Shown in pieces: positions 32,214 through 46,531 of a stretch of 64,000 bases of DNA. The notes beneath the pieces were generated by a model, which was not told the origin of the DNA, ran no database searches, and saw nothing but the letters and a program-made list of their open reading frames with translations. Numbering within the stretch: the stretch's first letter is position 1; every line of letters starts with the position of its first letter. The DNA is from the human T2T-CHM13v2.0 reference genome, Homo sapiens. Location of the stretch: the NCBI RefSeq assembly GCF_009914755.1, contig NC_060928.1; one strand, 5' to 3'. The position numbers were made by a program, and so were the translations under genes.

Positions 32214-35200
32214 TCATGATCACAGCTGGTCCTTAGATGAGTGGTTTATATCACTCACAGCTTAGCCTGGCCCAACTGCTGACCCCGGGGTGAAAGGCTT
32301 CCGGTCTCATTGCCAGTCCCCAGACCCTCTTGCCCTTTCCTCCTGCTTCAGGTTTTCTAGACAACAAATCTCAGATCAGTTGTCTACCCTATTCATCTGT
32401 TAGAATCTAGTATCAAGGCCACAAGCAATCAGCACCATCATAATCACTGTAAATCAGAGATTTATAAAAGACAGGAAAAACCTTAATAATCCATCTGTCT
32501 GATATGTCATTACAGTATAAATAAATAGCATTTGGTGATGAAAATGTATTTGGGAAATTGTTCCCACTTCTGTTTCCTATTATTTCCATTTATAATCTTG
32601 AACACATAATGACATAGGAAACTAAATGATGTATGTATGTGTGTGTGTATATATACATATATATATTTTTTTCTGATTTGATTCCAGACAATTATTATTT
32701 CAGAGAACATTTACACTTAAGAATATACAATATTCATAAAAAGACTCGTCAATTTTTTCTTTAGGTGAATGTTTGCTTTCATTTTGCAAGGATATGACAT
32801 CATGGAACCTGGTGTACTAATTTGTTTTGTACCAATTATTACCCTCCACTTTCCCACCAAGCAACATCTACCCCGCCCCCTGCCCCTTACATACGTCGCC
32901 TAGTGTTGCGTTAGAAGCATGGTATTGGCCTTTTAATATTCATATTTTAAAATGCTCTAGAAAATAACTGAGGTTACAAGAAAGGGTAACATCCACACTA
33001 CAGAGCTTCCATAATGGAGAGGTACACCAAATAGAAAATACACACAAGAAATATGATTTGTCTGAAAAATATCCAAATGTGTGATAAAGAAATGTAATTT
33101 ACAATTGAAAGCAGAACTAAAGGAGAGACAAAAACTGAAGGTAAAGAATATAATTTTACAAGTAGCACAATTAAATATTCCTCAGAAGCTAGGAAACTGA
33201 AGCCTGCCTAGAAAGATATGAATCTAGGACCCCGCAGGAGACGGCTTTCCCTCTAATGAATTATGGTTGACACAGTGTATAGAGATGAAGTCTCAAGCAG
33301 GAAGTGAAGAAAGAGAGAGCCAGAGCCTTGATGTTTCTCAGGATAAGCAGGTTTTTACTTCAGCATCAGCATGGTTTTGGTCAAACTGAAAATGATACCA
33401 TGTTCTTAGAACATATAACTGCCTCCATTAGAGTAAAAATAAAGAAATCAAAGAATAACAGCTTTTTTATGGAGCAAAAGGAAAGATCCATAACTCTATT
33501 TTAATGAATGACCTTTACCCTTAAGACTCTATTTCCTTCATGATTTTAAGAATATGTTTTATTATAATACCTAGAAATACTGAAATCAAGCATTTTTTTA
33601 AACCCCACAACATCCATGAGATGAAGGCAGCATGACTGAGAGGCCCCATAGGTCCTTCAAAGCAATAATTCACACAGCCTAAACACCAATCTTGATATAA
33701 ACTTGCCATGTGACCTACTGTGAGTCATCATTGGCCTAGACGTATCTCCCTGAAAAATTATGGTATCAAAAATAGCCATCTTCAAGGATATGAAAGACTC
33801 ATATTGAAAATGCTGTTTTGATTTCCTACGATAAAAAGAAACTACAATACAAGGAATTTAGGTAAAAATGTGGACAGTAAGTCTCTCTACATTGAAATTT
33901 CCCTTATTATAATGTATTACAAGGGACATGAAATATCTCTTCCTGGTGGCTTTCAAAGTTTTAAAAATATTTCAAAGAAAATAGCTTCTAAGGTATAAGT
34001 GAAGGGAAAATGGTGTTGAGGTCCTAGTGGCACCACTAAATGATTTCCTGCGTGGGGTGTCCCCATGCCAGTCATCTTGGTGTGGTCCCAGCAAGAAACA
34101 TCAGAACAGGAATCCTGAGGACCATGTACTGAGGGAGTCCGGTAGACCCAAGAGATACTGTAGCAGCAACAAGTTGTTATTGAACTCAATGGGAAATTGA
34201 TACCAGTTTTCTTATGATTTTTCTAAAAGATTAGTTCATTCAATACGGAACATAATACTTTAGAACATCTTGATGGCTGCATATCTAGGAATGAAGAATA
34301 CGGTTTTTAAGATAAGCTAATTTCCAGTCTTGGGCTGCCTATTAATAGTCATTGTAGTAATGACTACCTGGAATTTGGACAAGCTACTTAAGCTCTCTAA
34401 GCCTCACTTCCCTCTTCTGTAACATGGAATATTATATCTATGTCATAGCATTTTGCTTATCTTAATGGTTGGCACATAATATGAACACAATAAGGATATT
34501 TTACGTATTATATTAACCTTTCTTCTCTTCACCGTTGCAATATGCATATAAATATAATGTTACCCAAAATTGAAAAAGGCACATGAATCATGTAAATATA
34601 ACTGGGTAACTTTATGTAGAAATAAAATTATTTAGGAATCTCAACATAGCATAGTTCTTGAAATCCATTAATGGGATCTTCATACAGATAAGTCTTTATC
34701 CCAAGATACCTGTGATACCTTAGTAATTAAAATTCTCTGAATAGAGAACAAGATGAACATAAATTTCTGTTCCAGAAAGAAAATAGTTTGGAAATACTGT
34801 ATTACTTTTCTAAGAATAATGGCCTCATTTCTTTTAAAAATTAATTGCATATTGCCTATCTTTAAAACAAAGAAAAACTCTCTTTATATATATATTTCAG
34901 ACAGCATGTACTTTCTTTTAAATCCTGAAGTATATTATTAAAGTCTAAAGATAATACAGTGGTGGTGAAGCAACAATCAGCTTCAATGCTAAATATTTAT
35001 AGAGGTTTATTTTAGCTAAATCTGCAATCTGCTGTACACACACTCTTTGTGGATATACCAAGTTCATAAAGGAGTTTAGTAGACATTCCTGAAACAACTC
35101 TACTGTATTATTGTTACAAATGGGGCTGCCCAAGCCAGAGAGACGAAGTTGTTCTCTGACACCACTCTGCCCAGGCCCTTAAAAAAAGAGGTGCAGATAA

Positions 35201-35751
35201 GATACAAAAGCCCTTAAGAGTTTCCCTTGCAGCAGCTGTGAGAAATAAAGAGACAGGGACTAAAACAGTACTCACCTAAAGCCCTGCTATTTACACTTGA
35301 ATATTGACTATGACACTTTACAGTCAGTTCAGCAAACAACCTAACAATTTCCCACCGTGTGCTAGGCAGTCAGCTAGACCCTGAAGTTCCGCCCACCATG
35401 AGCAAGAGATTTTTACAGGTGTAATTTGAGGGAGAAAGTGACACCAAAAGAGCTCAGTGCAGTGCAATGTACAACAAGTGATGATAGCACAGAGAAGGGG
35501 TCCCTCACCCGGCTATGAGATGAGATGGTCAGAAAATGATGGAGGAGGCAATTTCAATTAAACAGAGGTCTTCTTTTTTTTTTTTTTTTTTACAAAAATT
35601 TACTTATGGGTAAGAGGCCAGGCAGTACAGCAGAGAAGGAGATGTCAGTTAAAGCAATAAAACTAACAAAAGTCTAGAAAAAGAATGGTATAATTTTGGG
35701 CTGGCAAATGAGACTGGAGAAAAATCTGCTTTATATTTATTCCCTTGTTTT

Positions 35752-36150
35752 TAGTAACAGAAAGTAATTCTATTTAGTGTGGCAACAAGCTTAAGAAAAG
35801 ATGATAATTCCGGAATTCCTCACCGCCAAGTGTGGTCATGTGGAAGTTGGTGGGTAGGACTTCCAGAAAGCTCCTTAGTGGAAGTGTAATCAGCAGGGGC
35901 GTATCCTGTTACCTTCTCTTGCCTCCTCCTTCCTGTTGCCTGGAATGAGGATGTGATGGCCAGAGTGGCAAAATCCATCTTGAGTCACACTGGAACCTTG
36001 ACAATGGAAGCCACATGCCTGGATGACTTTGTGGAAGTGTCAAACTATCCCTGGAATGCCTACTTCTGCACACTTATAAATAAACCCCTTCATGTTTAAG
36101 AGACATGGCTGGGTCTCTGTGATTAGCAAGGCAAGGAATTTCTGACACCA
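35752..36150. mobile_element. Old ERVL LTR (LTR33-like)
   Basis: gcctggaatgaggatgtgatggc; aataaaccccttcatgtttaag. Confidence 0.45.
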
Positions 36151-38597
36151 AGCTGGTTGAAAATATTAAGGGTATAATTCTGTGAGTAGGTGACAGAAGT
36201 TGTAATGGTTCCTATAGCTAAGATAGTTAAGGAACTGTGTGTCTGATGAGGTGTTCAAATTAATGTTGAACCATCTCAGGATAAGGGTAGGCATTTGGGT
36301 GGCTTAAGAGGAGCTCCTGCAGTCTTTACCATATGGAGGTCATCTAAAAGACTGGTAGCTGAACATAAAAAAGGGAGAATTTGCAGGGTCTATTATCTAT
36401 TGTTTTATTCTTAAGACTGAATATATTATACACAGTTCATATGATCATTAGGAAGATTTCTTGATTAGAATATAAGTACTTAACTCAGTACATAGTATAT
36501 AATGATCAATAAAAAGTTACTCATTCTAAAATATACTTCTTAACATCTAATATTAAGTAATCAGATAATATTATTTGTTTTATGCACTTTCAGAAACTTT
36601 GTCCTTTTCACATTAATAAAGATCCACTTACAAGATCTCCAATTTTACAGAAAAGATAGACAAATTCCAATAGTAATAACAATATAAATTCCTAACAAGT
36701 AAATTTTATATTCATTGTAACTTATCTCTTGAAATCAGATGTATTGCTTGAAAATAACTGATCTCTGAGGTTGTTACCTCAGGACAATACAACAGGTTAC
36801 TTCACAATAAAATATTTTTAAACAGGTAATAATTTTATATAACATATTACTAAAAATAAAAAACTATAAAAACTAAAAAATGGTATAATACTCCTGCTCT
36901 CTAACCTAACCTGTTATTCAGTTTCCCTTTAATTTCATGACCAAATGAATTTGAGGAAAGATAATGTCATCGAAGTGCTTGCAGAGAGAGAAATATTCCT
37001 GCTATAACTAGCTATACCCAGTCTTTACGATATTTTGACTTAAATTCCCTCATTTTTAAATAAAGGGGTTGGATCAACTGACCTCTTATATGCTTTGCAG
37101 CTGGGATATTCTGTGACTCTAGACTGCACTCAAAATAGGTCACAAATAATGAAGACATTTTAGAAATGTTGTGCATTGTATTTTGTTCTAGCTAGTAATA
37201 GCAAATACCTACAGCCTTAGCAATTGTTATAGTTTTACTAGTCTCAACCTACAAGACCATTTGTGTGATATAAAAGAAAAAAGATATGAAAGAAAAATAG
37301 GTAAGTTCAAGGGATAGACAGAGCTGCTTGGACTGAATATTTTCTTTATTTCATAGGTTTGTGTTTCAGTAAAGAGGGAACACCTAGTCTTATTGTTCAT
37401 TTTATTACTCCATTCTCTCACTGGGAAACAAATGAAAGCCTGTTCTGACTTACTGTTATCAACACAATCAATCCTATCTTCCTGTCCCAGCACCTGGGAC
37501 TCCTCACAGTCTTGCCATGCCTGCCTGACCCCCACCTCATGCTCCAGTTCTCAACAACGCACACCTTGGGCTCTCTCCTACAGTGGGCTTCTCACCCACC
37601 CACAAATCACAGCTTCACATCCTTGCACACGACACTCAGTTGGTTTGCAATGCCCTACCCCCAATCTTGTTCCTTTTCCTAGAAAACTCAGACTCATACT
37701 TTCTGATCCAATTCAGACTTCCTCAGTGGACCCTACCTGGTCTCCCTGGGGCAGAGCCAGATGCTTTGTTTTCCATGTTCCAATGTTGCCATCACACATG
37801 GTTCTCTTTCACTGTAAGAATATCTAATGCAACAATGCCAGCTTCCCACTCCCCTTCTGGGTATGCAGAGAACTCCAGGTGGCTGAGACCAGGTTTTAAA
37901 CACACTGTCCTTTCGATGTTAATAATGTTAATAAAGATCTATTTAGAAAGTCTCCATTTTTACAAAAAAGATATATAAATACCAATGAGGATGAGGATAA
38001 AATCATACAACATGCAGTTATATTGTGGAAAGACTGAATGAATACGTGAACTAAGCTCTAAGAAAAAAAGAAACAGAAGAAAAACAATGACATAAAAGTA
38101 AAAAAAAAAAAAAACAAAAAAACTGGGCTAATATAATTAATGTACCAGTAAAGTATGCCGATGGCAGAGGTGGCAGGGAAGGCTGTATAAAAAGTGAGAC
38201 CTGACCAGGAGAGGGACTGCTTTATTTGTAGCCTCAAAAAGTATTGAAGTGGACCTAGGCAAGCATGGTCATCCTTAGGAGAAGGACACATGGTCCAAAC
38301 TGGCTGAGGCCCAGAGTGTCCAGGAGGAAGGGGGCACGGGCGGGGCAGACGGCAGGCAGCACAGCCAGCCTGGCACAGGGCACCCAGGCTAAGCCACCTG
38401 GGCTCCATTCTGCAGGCAGAGAGGAGCCGCTGTAGGGGATGGGGGAGGGCTTTGTTTGTTTGTTTTTTTTTTAGCAACTGAGACAGTTGATCAAAGCAAT
38501 CTTTATAAGTATTGATGCAGCCATACATGGGATGCATTAGACCAGAGATTCTTGAATTGTGTTTTGTAAAAGACTAGCTCCAGTGAGATGTTAGTGG

Positions 38598-38598
<1 letters not shown>

Positions 38599-38629
<31 letters not shown>

Positions 38630-38630
38630 T

Positions 38631-38658
<28 letters not shown>
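38599..38658. repeat. (CA)n microsatellite
   Basis: Seen directly. Confidence 0.95.
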
Positions 38659-38662
<4 letters not shown>

Positions 38663-40059
38663 ACTCACTACGTTCAAACTAGCCTGGCAAACACTAGCCT
38701 AAACAAACTATAAGAAATGCCTTTATTGCTGGATTTCTCAGAATCTGGAATATGGTTATATGTATCATAAAACTGCAAGATTCAGACAGAGCATGTGATT
38801 TTTCCCAGAAATGCTGAAACGCTTCCCTTCCCTTGGCTTCAGTGCCACCTCCCTGTTTTCTCCTGGTTCTCCTTCAGCCTCTTTGGCTGCTCCTTCCTGG
38901 TTTCCTTTTGGACAATATTCTGGGGCTTAGCCACTTTTTTTTCCATTCCACATAGATGTCTCCAGTGTATTTTCTACTTCTGCAGACTAAACGCTCCTCT
39001 GTTTCTTCCGACACCTTTCCTTGCCTAGCCCTCCTCCTATGCTGAGGTAAGTGATCTTCCTATGTGCACATACAGCACCCTGGGATACTTTCAGCGTGGT
39101 CTTTGCCATGCTTTATCTCGTTGTCTTCTCCCCCAGACTCTGCAAGGGCTGCAGCCTTTTCTTAACTGTTCCTTCAGTACACGGCACATAGCACAGAAGC
39201 TGACTCTGTAACAGTTAGTTGGCCATCTGAGACCAAATGCATGTTCTTAAAGAGTTACAATTAGAAACATAACACATTGGTCAAAGAAAGTCCCTTTAAT
39301 CAGGAGTTCTCTATACATGTAACAACTGTTTGAAGTCATTGTTAAGTGAAGTTAAATAGAAACTGTCATGGAATTCCCTAAGATCAATTCTTTTGCTTTT
39401 AATTTTTGACATTATGTGAGATAATCAAGAAAGGCCCTGTGTCACCATGGTGTCATCCAACTTACACTACAGGGAACTGATTTTATTCCTACTGTTCAGA
39501 ATAACAGCAATATAAATCAATCTGTAAACTAAAAGTTCCTTAAATAATCCTTTCAAATGAAACTCTGTCTAAATTTTACATTATTCATATGTTCAAATGA
39601 TAATGAGCTCATAAGTGTCTCCAATACCTCAGTTAAAACACTGATTCCAGCTGTGGTAACAGTCCCTGAGAGTTATGTGATAGACAGAAAAGGAGGCACT
39701 TACAGGACACTGGCCTTTGTGCTACTGTACCCTACTGGGGCATAAAAAAAAAAGCTGTTCACTTAAAATGCTGAGATCTCTCCTGCCAGGTCTGGAGGCT
39801 GGATGGGAGATACAGTCTTTTGATTTTAACCACAGATGTTTTATTCCTTGCTCTAAAGCAGTGGGAGAAAGAGGGAGACCAAATGGAGACTAGGAAAAGC
39901 CCACTGGAAAGGGCTCTACTGATTCTCAAGACGATGACTGGGGGCATCGTCTTGAGACACTCCCTTATCTCTGCCCAAAATCACCTGGACAGGATAACAA
40001 AAAATTGTCAGCAGGCTGAGGAGAACCCAGGCTCAGGCTCAAGAAAAGAGATGTCTAAT

Positions 40060-40406
40060 ACTTTTTAAATATATAAATGTATGGGGTACGAGTGCAATTT
40101 TGTTACAAGCCTAGATTGTGTAGTAATTAAGTCAGGGCTTTTAGGTTGTCCATCCCCCAAATAATATACATTATACCCATGAAGTAATTTCTCCTCATCC
40201 TTACTCCTCTCACTCCTCACCCTCTGAGTCTCCACTGTCTATCATTCCATTCTGTATGTCCATTTTTTTTAGCACCCATTTATAAGTGAGAACATGTGAT
40301 GTCTGGCCTTCTGTGTCTGGCTTGTTCCACTTAAGATAATGGCCTCCAATTCCATCCATTTTGTTGCAGAAATCATGATTTCATTCTTTCTATGCTTGAA
40401 TACTAT

Positions 40407-40452
<46 letters not shown>

Positions 40453-40615
40453 CACATTTTCTTTATCCAATCATCTGTTGATGGATACTCAGGTTGATTC
40501 CACATCTTTGCTATTGTGAATAGTGCTGCAACAAACACGAGAGCAGGTATCTTTTTGATATAATGATTTCTTTTCATTTGGACAGGCACCCACTAGTGGG
40601 CTTGCTGGATCAAAC
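40060..40615 (-). mobile_element. L1MA-like 3' end fragment with internal (TG)n at 40413-40450
   Basis: ggggtacgagtgcaattttgttaca; ttgctattgtgaatagtgctgcaacaaac. Confidence 0.85.
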
Positions 40616-43025
40616 AGAACTAATCGATGATTGATGATGCTGGTAGTGGCCAGTAACCAGCGAGAGACAAAGTAATTAGCAGGGCTGAAAATGCCAACAC
40701 TCTGAGATCACTGACCTTCAAAAGCTCCTCAAGAGCCCTGAGCGTAAAGCCCAAACATGTTTATCCAGCATTCAGAGACGACCTTTTATCATCTGCCCTC
40801 TGTGCATCCCAGACGCCTCTTTTTTAGTACACCTTCTATTTTACTCCACGACCCACCCATATGAAGTTATCGGACACTCTCAGGCATCTTGTACTATATA
40901 TTCGATCATGTATCCCTAACACCTAGCAGAGTGCTGGCATATAGTTGGCTTACTAAACATTTGCAGAATTAGTGAATTTTCCTATCCAGGTATCCAAGAA
41001 ACACAGTCTTTAGATCAATGAGCACAATCTCTGGCACAGTGACATATTAATGGCACACAGATAGTGACTAGTTGTAAAGTGATCTCTTATTAAAAATAAA
41101 ATACTATAATTTGCAAAAGTCTACTTCCTTTTCACAAATGAGGTGGGTTTTAATCTTAACCCCTAATAACACCATTTTCATTCATTTCCATCCCAGTATG
41201 CTGTCCTACAACAGCAATAAGTAGGAGAGTTAAGGCTTGAGCTTGAAGAATTGTACATAGTCCATGCTGTGGCCTGAGGTGTCTGCCCACCTGAGCTTCA
41301 TCTGTCAGGCGTGTCAGGCAGATAACTAGGGTGAGAGTGGCTTCATCAGAGGATCACAGATCTCTGGCTTCCTTCTGTGGCAAGTATACCTCTAAAAACA
41401 AACTCTTCAGAGCCAGATGACAAGAATGGTCCAGACAGGCAACCAGGGAAGGCCGGGCCCAGTGTACATCAATGCAGAGCATCAAGTTCAGAGTAATAGG
41501 TGTACAGTTGCTTATTCCTGCCTAGACAGATAGAACTGCCTCCCATATGGTAAAATGTGGAAATGCAGAGAAGCACATGCAACTGAAGAAGACAACCACA
41601 GCAACAAGGAAGGGCAACTGAGAGCTAAGAGAGAGCCATGCCAAAGACTCCAGGACCTCGGAGTAGGCCTGGTACCAGTTATATACTTGGGACCCAGTAC
41701 TTTCCCACGCCATCACTTGGCATACTTGGGATTATGTGTTACTTAAAATAATGTCCTTAGTGTCCGTCTTTCCTGACAGACACAAGCAGGGCCTGTGACA
41801 CTACAGCTGCTGGCACACAGTTGGGCACATCACAAACATCTGATGAATGCACGCACTCTTGCCTTCTCATACCTTCTTGTCAAGTCTTTAGTGAGAAGGA
41901 ATTGCTGATTAGAAAAGAATTAAACTTATGAGTGACTCCCAGCTCCACTGAAGGTAGAGACAATGTCTGATTTGTGTACTGCTATAGTCCCAGCTCTTAG
42001 CACAGTGTAGTCATTTAATCAATGTTTGTTGAATAAATAAATGAATGGATTCATATATCTTATCTAGCTATATATTTGCTCAGTTAATTTGGTAAATTTA
42101 ATAATTCGCTTCTGACATAATTTCACTTCATTCCTTCAACAAACCTAATAACTCACTAGATGCCAGGCACACAGCTGCTAAGGAAAAAGAGATGTGAGCT
42201 ACAATTCCTGTCTACATGAAAGTCACAACCTAAAAAGGAGAAACATATAAACAAATTATAAAAATAAGTTTTCTAAATTCAAAAACAGAGGTTTGTGTAT
42301 TTAAAACAGCTTTAGTCAGAGAGCATTAACAAAGAAAGTCCCAAATAGGGAACGTCCCAACCAACCTCCTAATCTTAAGCAGAGATCACCCACGCTTGAG
42401 TTTGCCAGACCATCAGCCTCAACAGCAAGAATTACCTTCCTGATGCCCCCAAATAAGTATCATTCTGATTACAGTAGTACTGCTAGATAACTCAGTTTCA
42501 GACTCTACCGTTGTCATTCAATGTTCTATAAAGTACTAAGGAGAAAATCGTATAATGGTGATGAACCTATTCACTTTAGCCATCCTAATATGACACCAAT
42601 TATAAGGCCAATTACTTAAAAGGAAAGCTCTTAATTTAACTTATTTATATAAATTTCAGTGTTATGTAAGCAAATTTGCCATCAGATTTTGAAACTACAG
42701 ATTAAATAGTATGTAAGTATAATGAGAGCCTTTAAGTTCACACTTTCCTGGGTCTCCCAAATCTTTTTTAGAATACTATAAGCCTTTCTAAACAACTGAT
42801 AGTATATTTTTTTAAACTGAATTGTAAGATGTGTATTTTCCAAAAACAAAATACAACTCCCATTGGTAAATGGTGATATTGAGATACAACAGCTAACTTC
42901 TCTTTGGGAACATTTAGTAAGTGCTCACTTTAGCGCTCTGTCCATAAATGTTTATCATTTAAAATATAGAAGAATATTACACAATTAAAATTGTACTTAT
43001 TCAGCATTATGTAATATTTAGTACT

Positions 43026-43583
43026 TGTTCTAGTTATCTATTACTACATAATAAACCATCCAAAACTTAATACATTATTATTGTTTATGGTTTAATATTT
43101 GTTTATTTTAATTATTTTGTTTAATGATATAAAATAACATTATTTTTCATGGTTTTGTGGATTGACTGGGTTCTGCAACAGTTTTCACTTGGAGTCTTTC
43201 TTGCAGTTGCAGTCAGTTGGCTGCAGCTGAAGTTATCTGAAGGCTCAACTAAGCTAGAAAGCCAAAATGGCTTACTCAGATGGCTGGCAGTACACGTTAG
43301 CTATTATGTGGCATGCCTATCTGGCCTCTCCACATTACTTGAGGTCCTCACAACATGGTGATTGGTCCCAAGAGATACAGACAAAAGTTCAAAGCTTATT
43401 CTGTTCCAGCCTCGGATATCCTAGAACATCACTTCTGCTGTATTCTATTATCCAAGCAAGTCATTGTGCCCAGCTTAGATTCAAGGAAAGGAAACTGGAC
43501 TGTACTTCTTAATGTAAAGAGCAGCAGGTGCATACAGGGAGGAAAGAGATTACCAGCACCACCTTGGAGACTACCTTACTACA
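43026..43583 (-). mobile_element. MaLR LTR (MLT1G/H-like)
   Basis: tgttctagttatctattactacataataaacc...catcacttctgctgtattctatt...ccttactaca. Confidence 0.7.
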
Positions 43584-44599
43584 CCATTATTCCAACTAAT
43601 GCACATTATGTTCTAGATGGGTAGTACCAGCTTCCCCTCCCCACAAAAAGTTCAAGTTAGGCAAAGACATATAGAATGAGAATGCAGATACCATTTAAAA
43701 AACTGTAGAAAAATCACAGCCAATGCCTCTAGTCAGTTCAATCCCTCACATCAATGTAACTCTACTCTTGTAACCTTAACTATAGTAAAACAGAATTTTG
43801 TTCCACAAAGACTTTTGTCTATTTTCCTATGGGATAATTAACCAACCCAAAAAATTTGTCAAGAGAATGAAATCAAGCTTACTTTAAAATTTCACCTTTT
43901 ACTCTCAAAGCCTATCAAAATCCAGAGAACCATGATCTAGCATGCCTGGACCCAAAGTCCTTATTTCAGGAGCATCATTTGGTATGCCAAAAAAGTATTC
44001 CTAACTGGGAAATTTAAAACTTTCTTTTCTGGTGATATTTAAGATAGCTGACTGGCTCATGGGCAGAAGTTACACAGAGATTAAGAATAGAGGGCACTCT
44101 GCCAAGTGGGTTGATGACCATCAGAAAGAATTTTCACAAAGGAGAAATGAAGAAAAAGAAAGGGGGTAATGATGCTGTCGGTCTCTGAAAGGAAAGTGAT
44201 TTTTCAAGTGGTCTGATTTTCCCTTTTACAAAAGAAAATGCCTTATTGTGATAGAATAAGAACGCTCAATTTCATGCAGGTATATATTTGGAGCCAAATA
44301 AAATACAACGGTATTTTGAAGTCATTTATCTTAAATGATTCCTTGGCAAGGCATATAAAATTCCCCAAGAAATATATGGGTTCTAGAAACAATAAAAGAT
44401 TCACTAATTCCAAAATCGAATTAACGATATTTTCAAACAGTGACAATGAGGCATATTCTCTTGTTCCTATAGGACAAAAGCTGATGAAGTTTAGAAATTC
44501 TAAAAATGTTAAATTTTCTCCATATTCATAATAAACTATTCTTAAAAGTTATTAAATTTGTACATCTCTTCTTCTTATCCAGACATAAAAACAGAAATA

Positions 44600-45350
44600 G
44601 CTATTAGCACTCCTCAGGCACTTAACCCAGATAATTGTGAATCCAGTATCCGCTCCTCCCCTCCTTCCTCTCTAAACCCACAAGCTGCTCTTCCTGTCTC
44701 TATGTGGAAAATCACAATATCCCAAAATGCCCCTGGTAGGCGTCCTAGATTCATCTGTGACTCCTCCCTATTCTTCACCACCTATACTGAGTATGTCTAA
44801 ACCTTGTCCAAACTTTGTCAATACTTATCTCAAAGGTGTCCCTCATATATGTGCCTGACTCTCAGATCCCATGGCCATCTCATGTGGGTCCCTATTCCTG
44901 CTCACCTGGCTCCATCGTGTCTCCTGAATGGGCCTCCCTGACTCAAGTGCTACTTCCTTCAATTCTTGCTGGAGAATGATTCAGAGCAACCTTTCTAAGA
45001 GATAGAACTGATAATGTCACTCCTCTACTCAAAACCAAACCAAACACACACAATAAAATGTTTTCACAATTCATACCAACTGCTCAATCTCAGCCTGTCT
45101 CAACATAAGTCATCCTTCAACATGTATCCTCAAACTCAGTTACAGTGGACAGGCCACCCTTACTGTATCTGTAGGTGTGCACTTTGCTTATGCAGTCACA
45201 TTTTTTTCTGGCCTGCCCTCTACCATACTCCTTCAAACACAACTCAAATATCATCCTCTATCTCTAGTCCTGGAATCCACCAGCCCTCCCAATCCGATTC
45301 AACCAACTTGCTTTTGCATCTGTTTCCTAAGCTTTTTATGCATGCCTCCT
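44600..45350 (+). mobile_element. L2 fragment
   Basis: cctagattcatctgtgactcctccc; ctgataatgtcactcctctactcaaaacc. Confidence 0.5.
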
Positions 45351-45622
45351 AATGTGTCCATGAGGATTTCAAGATGATTCTCACCCTTAAAAGACTCCTT
45401 TCTGTTCTCAACCAACGCTGCATATCCTCTATACGATGCTTCTGGAGCTAGGAAAATTATTCTTGCCTTTTGCTCCCTTTAGCATACAGCAGCCCTCACT
45501 CCTCCTGCCTTAACATCTTAATTCAAATAGAATGAACCTTTTTCTTTTTCCTTCAACATCATGCTTACACTCACTCACATGGTTCATCAGCTTGATGTAT
45601 TGGTCAAAATTTTTGGTTATCA

Positions 45623-46531
45623 GGGGGGAGGAGCCAAGATGGCCGAATAGGAACAGCTCTGGTCTACAGCTCCCAGCCTGAACCACGCAGAAGACGGGTG
45701 ATTTCTGCATTTCCATCTGAGGTACCGGGTTCATCTCACTAGGGAGTGCCAGACAGTGAGCGCAGGTCAGTGGGTGCGCGCACTGTGCACGAGCCGAAGC
45801 AGGGCCAGGCATTGCCTCACTCGGGAAGCACAAAGGGTCAGGGAGTTCCCTTTCCTAATCAAAGAAAGGGGTGACGGACAGCACCTGGAAAATAGGGTCA
45901 CTCCCACCCGAATACTGCGCTTTTCCGACAGGCTTAAAAAAACGGCACACCACGAGATTATATCATGCACCTGGCTCAGAGGGTCCTACCCCACGGAGTC
46001 TCGCTGATTGCTAGCACAGCAGTCTGAGATCAAACTGCAAGGCAGCAGCGAGGCTGGGGGAGGGGTGCCCACCATTGCCCAGGCTTGCTTAGGTAAACAA
46101 AGCAGCCAGCCAGCTCAAACTGGGTGGAGCCCACCACAGCTCAAGGAGGCCTGCCTGCCTCTGTAGGCTCCACCTCTAGGGGCAGGGCACAGACAAACAA
46201 AAAGATAGCAGTAACCTCTGCAGACTTAAATGTCCCTGTCTGACAGCTTTGAAGAGAGCAGTGGTTCTCCCAGTACGCAGCTGGAGATCTGAGAACAGGC
46301 AGACTGCCTCCTCAAGTGGGTCCCTGACCCCTGGCCCCCCGAGCAGCCTAACTGGGAGGCACCCTCCAGCAGGGGCACACTAACACCTCACACTGCAGGG
46401 TACTCCAACAGACCTGAAGCTGAGGGTCTTGTCTGTTAGAAGGAAAACTAACAAACAGAAAGGACATCCACACCAAAAACCCATCTGTACATCACCATCA
46501 TCAAAGACCAAAGGTAGATAAAACCACAAAG
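45623..46531 (+). promoter_or_regulatory. L1 5'UTR internal sense promoter and antisense promoter
   Basis: YY1 site AAGATGGCC at 45636-45644, RUNX-type ACCACA at 46133-46138, SOX-type AACAAA motifs. Many CpGs have decayed to TpG/CpA. Confidence 0.75.
45986..46075 (-). pseudogene. L1 ORF0, truncated to 29 aa
   Basis: Antisense MVGTPPPASLLPCSLISDCCASNQRDSVG*. A 1-bp loss near 45989 brings TAG into frame. Confidence 0.8.

Noticed and set aside
35265-35280. Minus-strand consensus donor (AG|gtgagt) as a cryptic exon end
   Set aside because: I could not identify a convincing paired acceptor or reading frame; isolated donors are frequent in long introns.
37227-38537. Cluster of 100-160 aa ORFs (also 53505-54106 and 59889-60276)
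   Set aside because: No recognisable domains, overlapping on both strands, and lying in decayed repeat or locally GC-richer sequence; consistent with chance.
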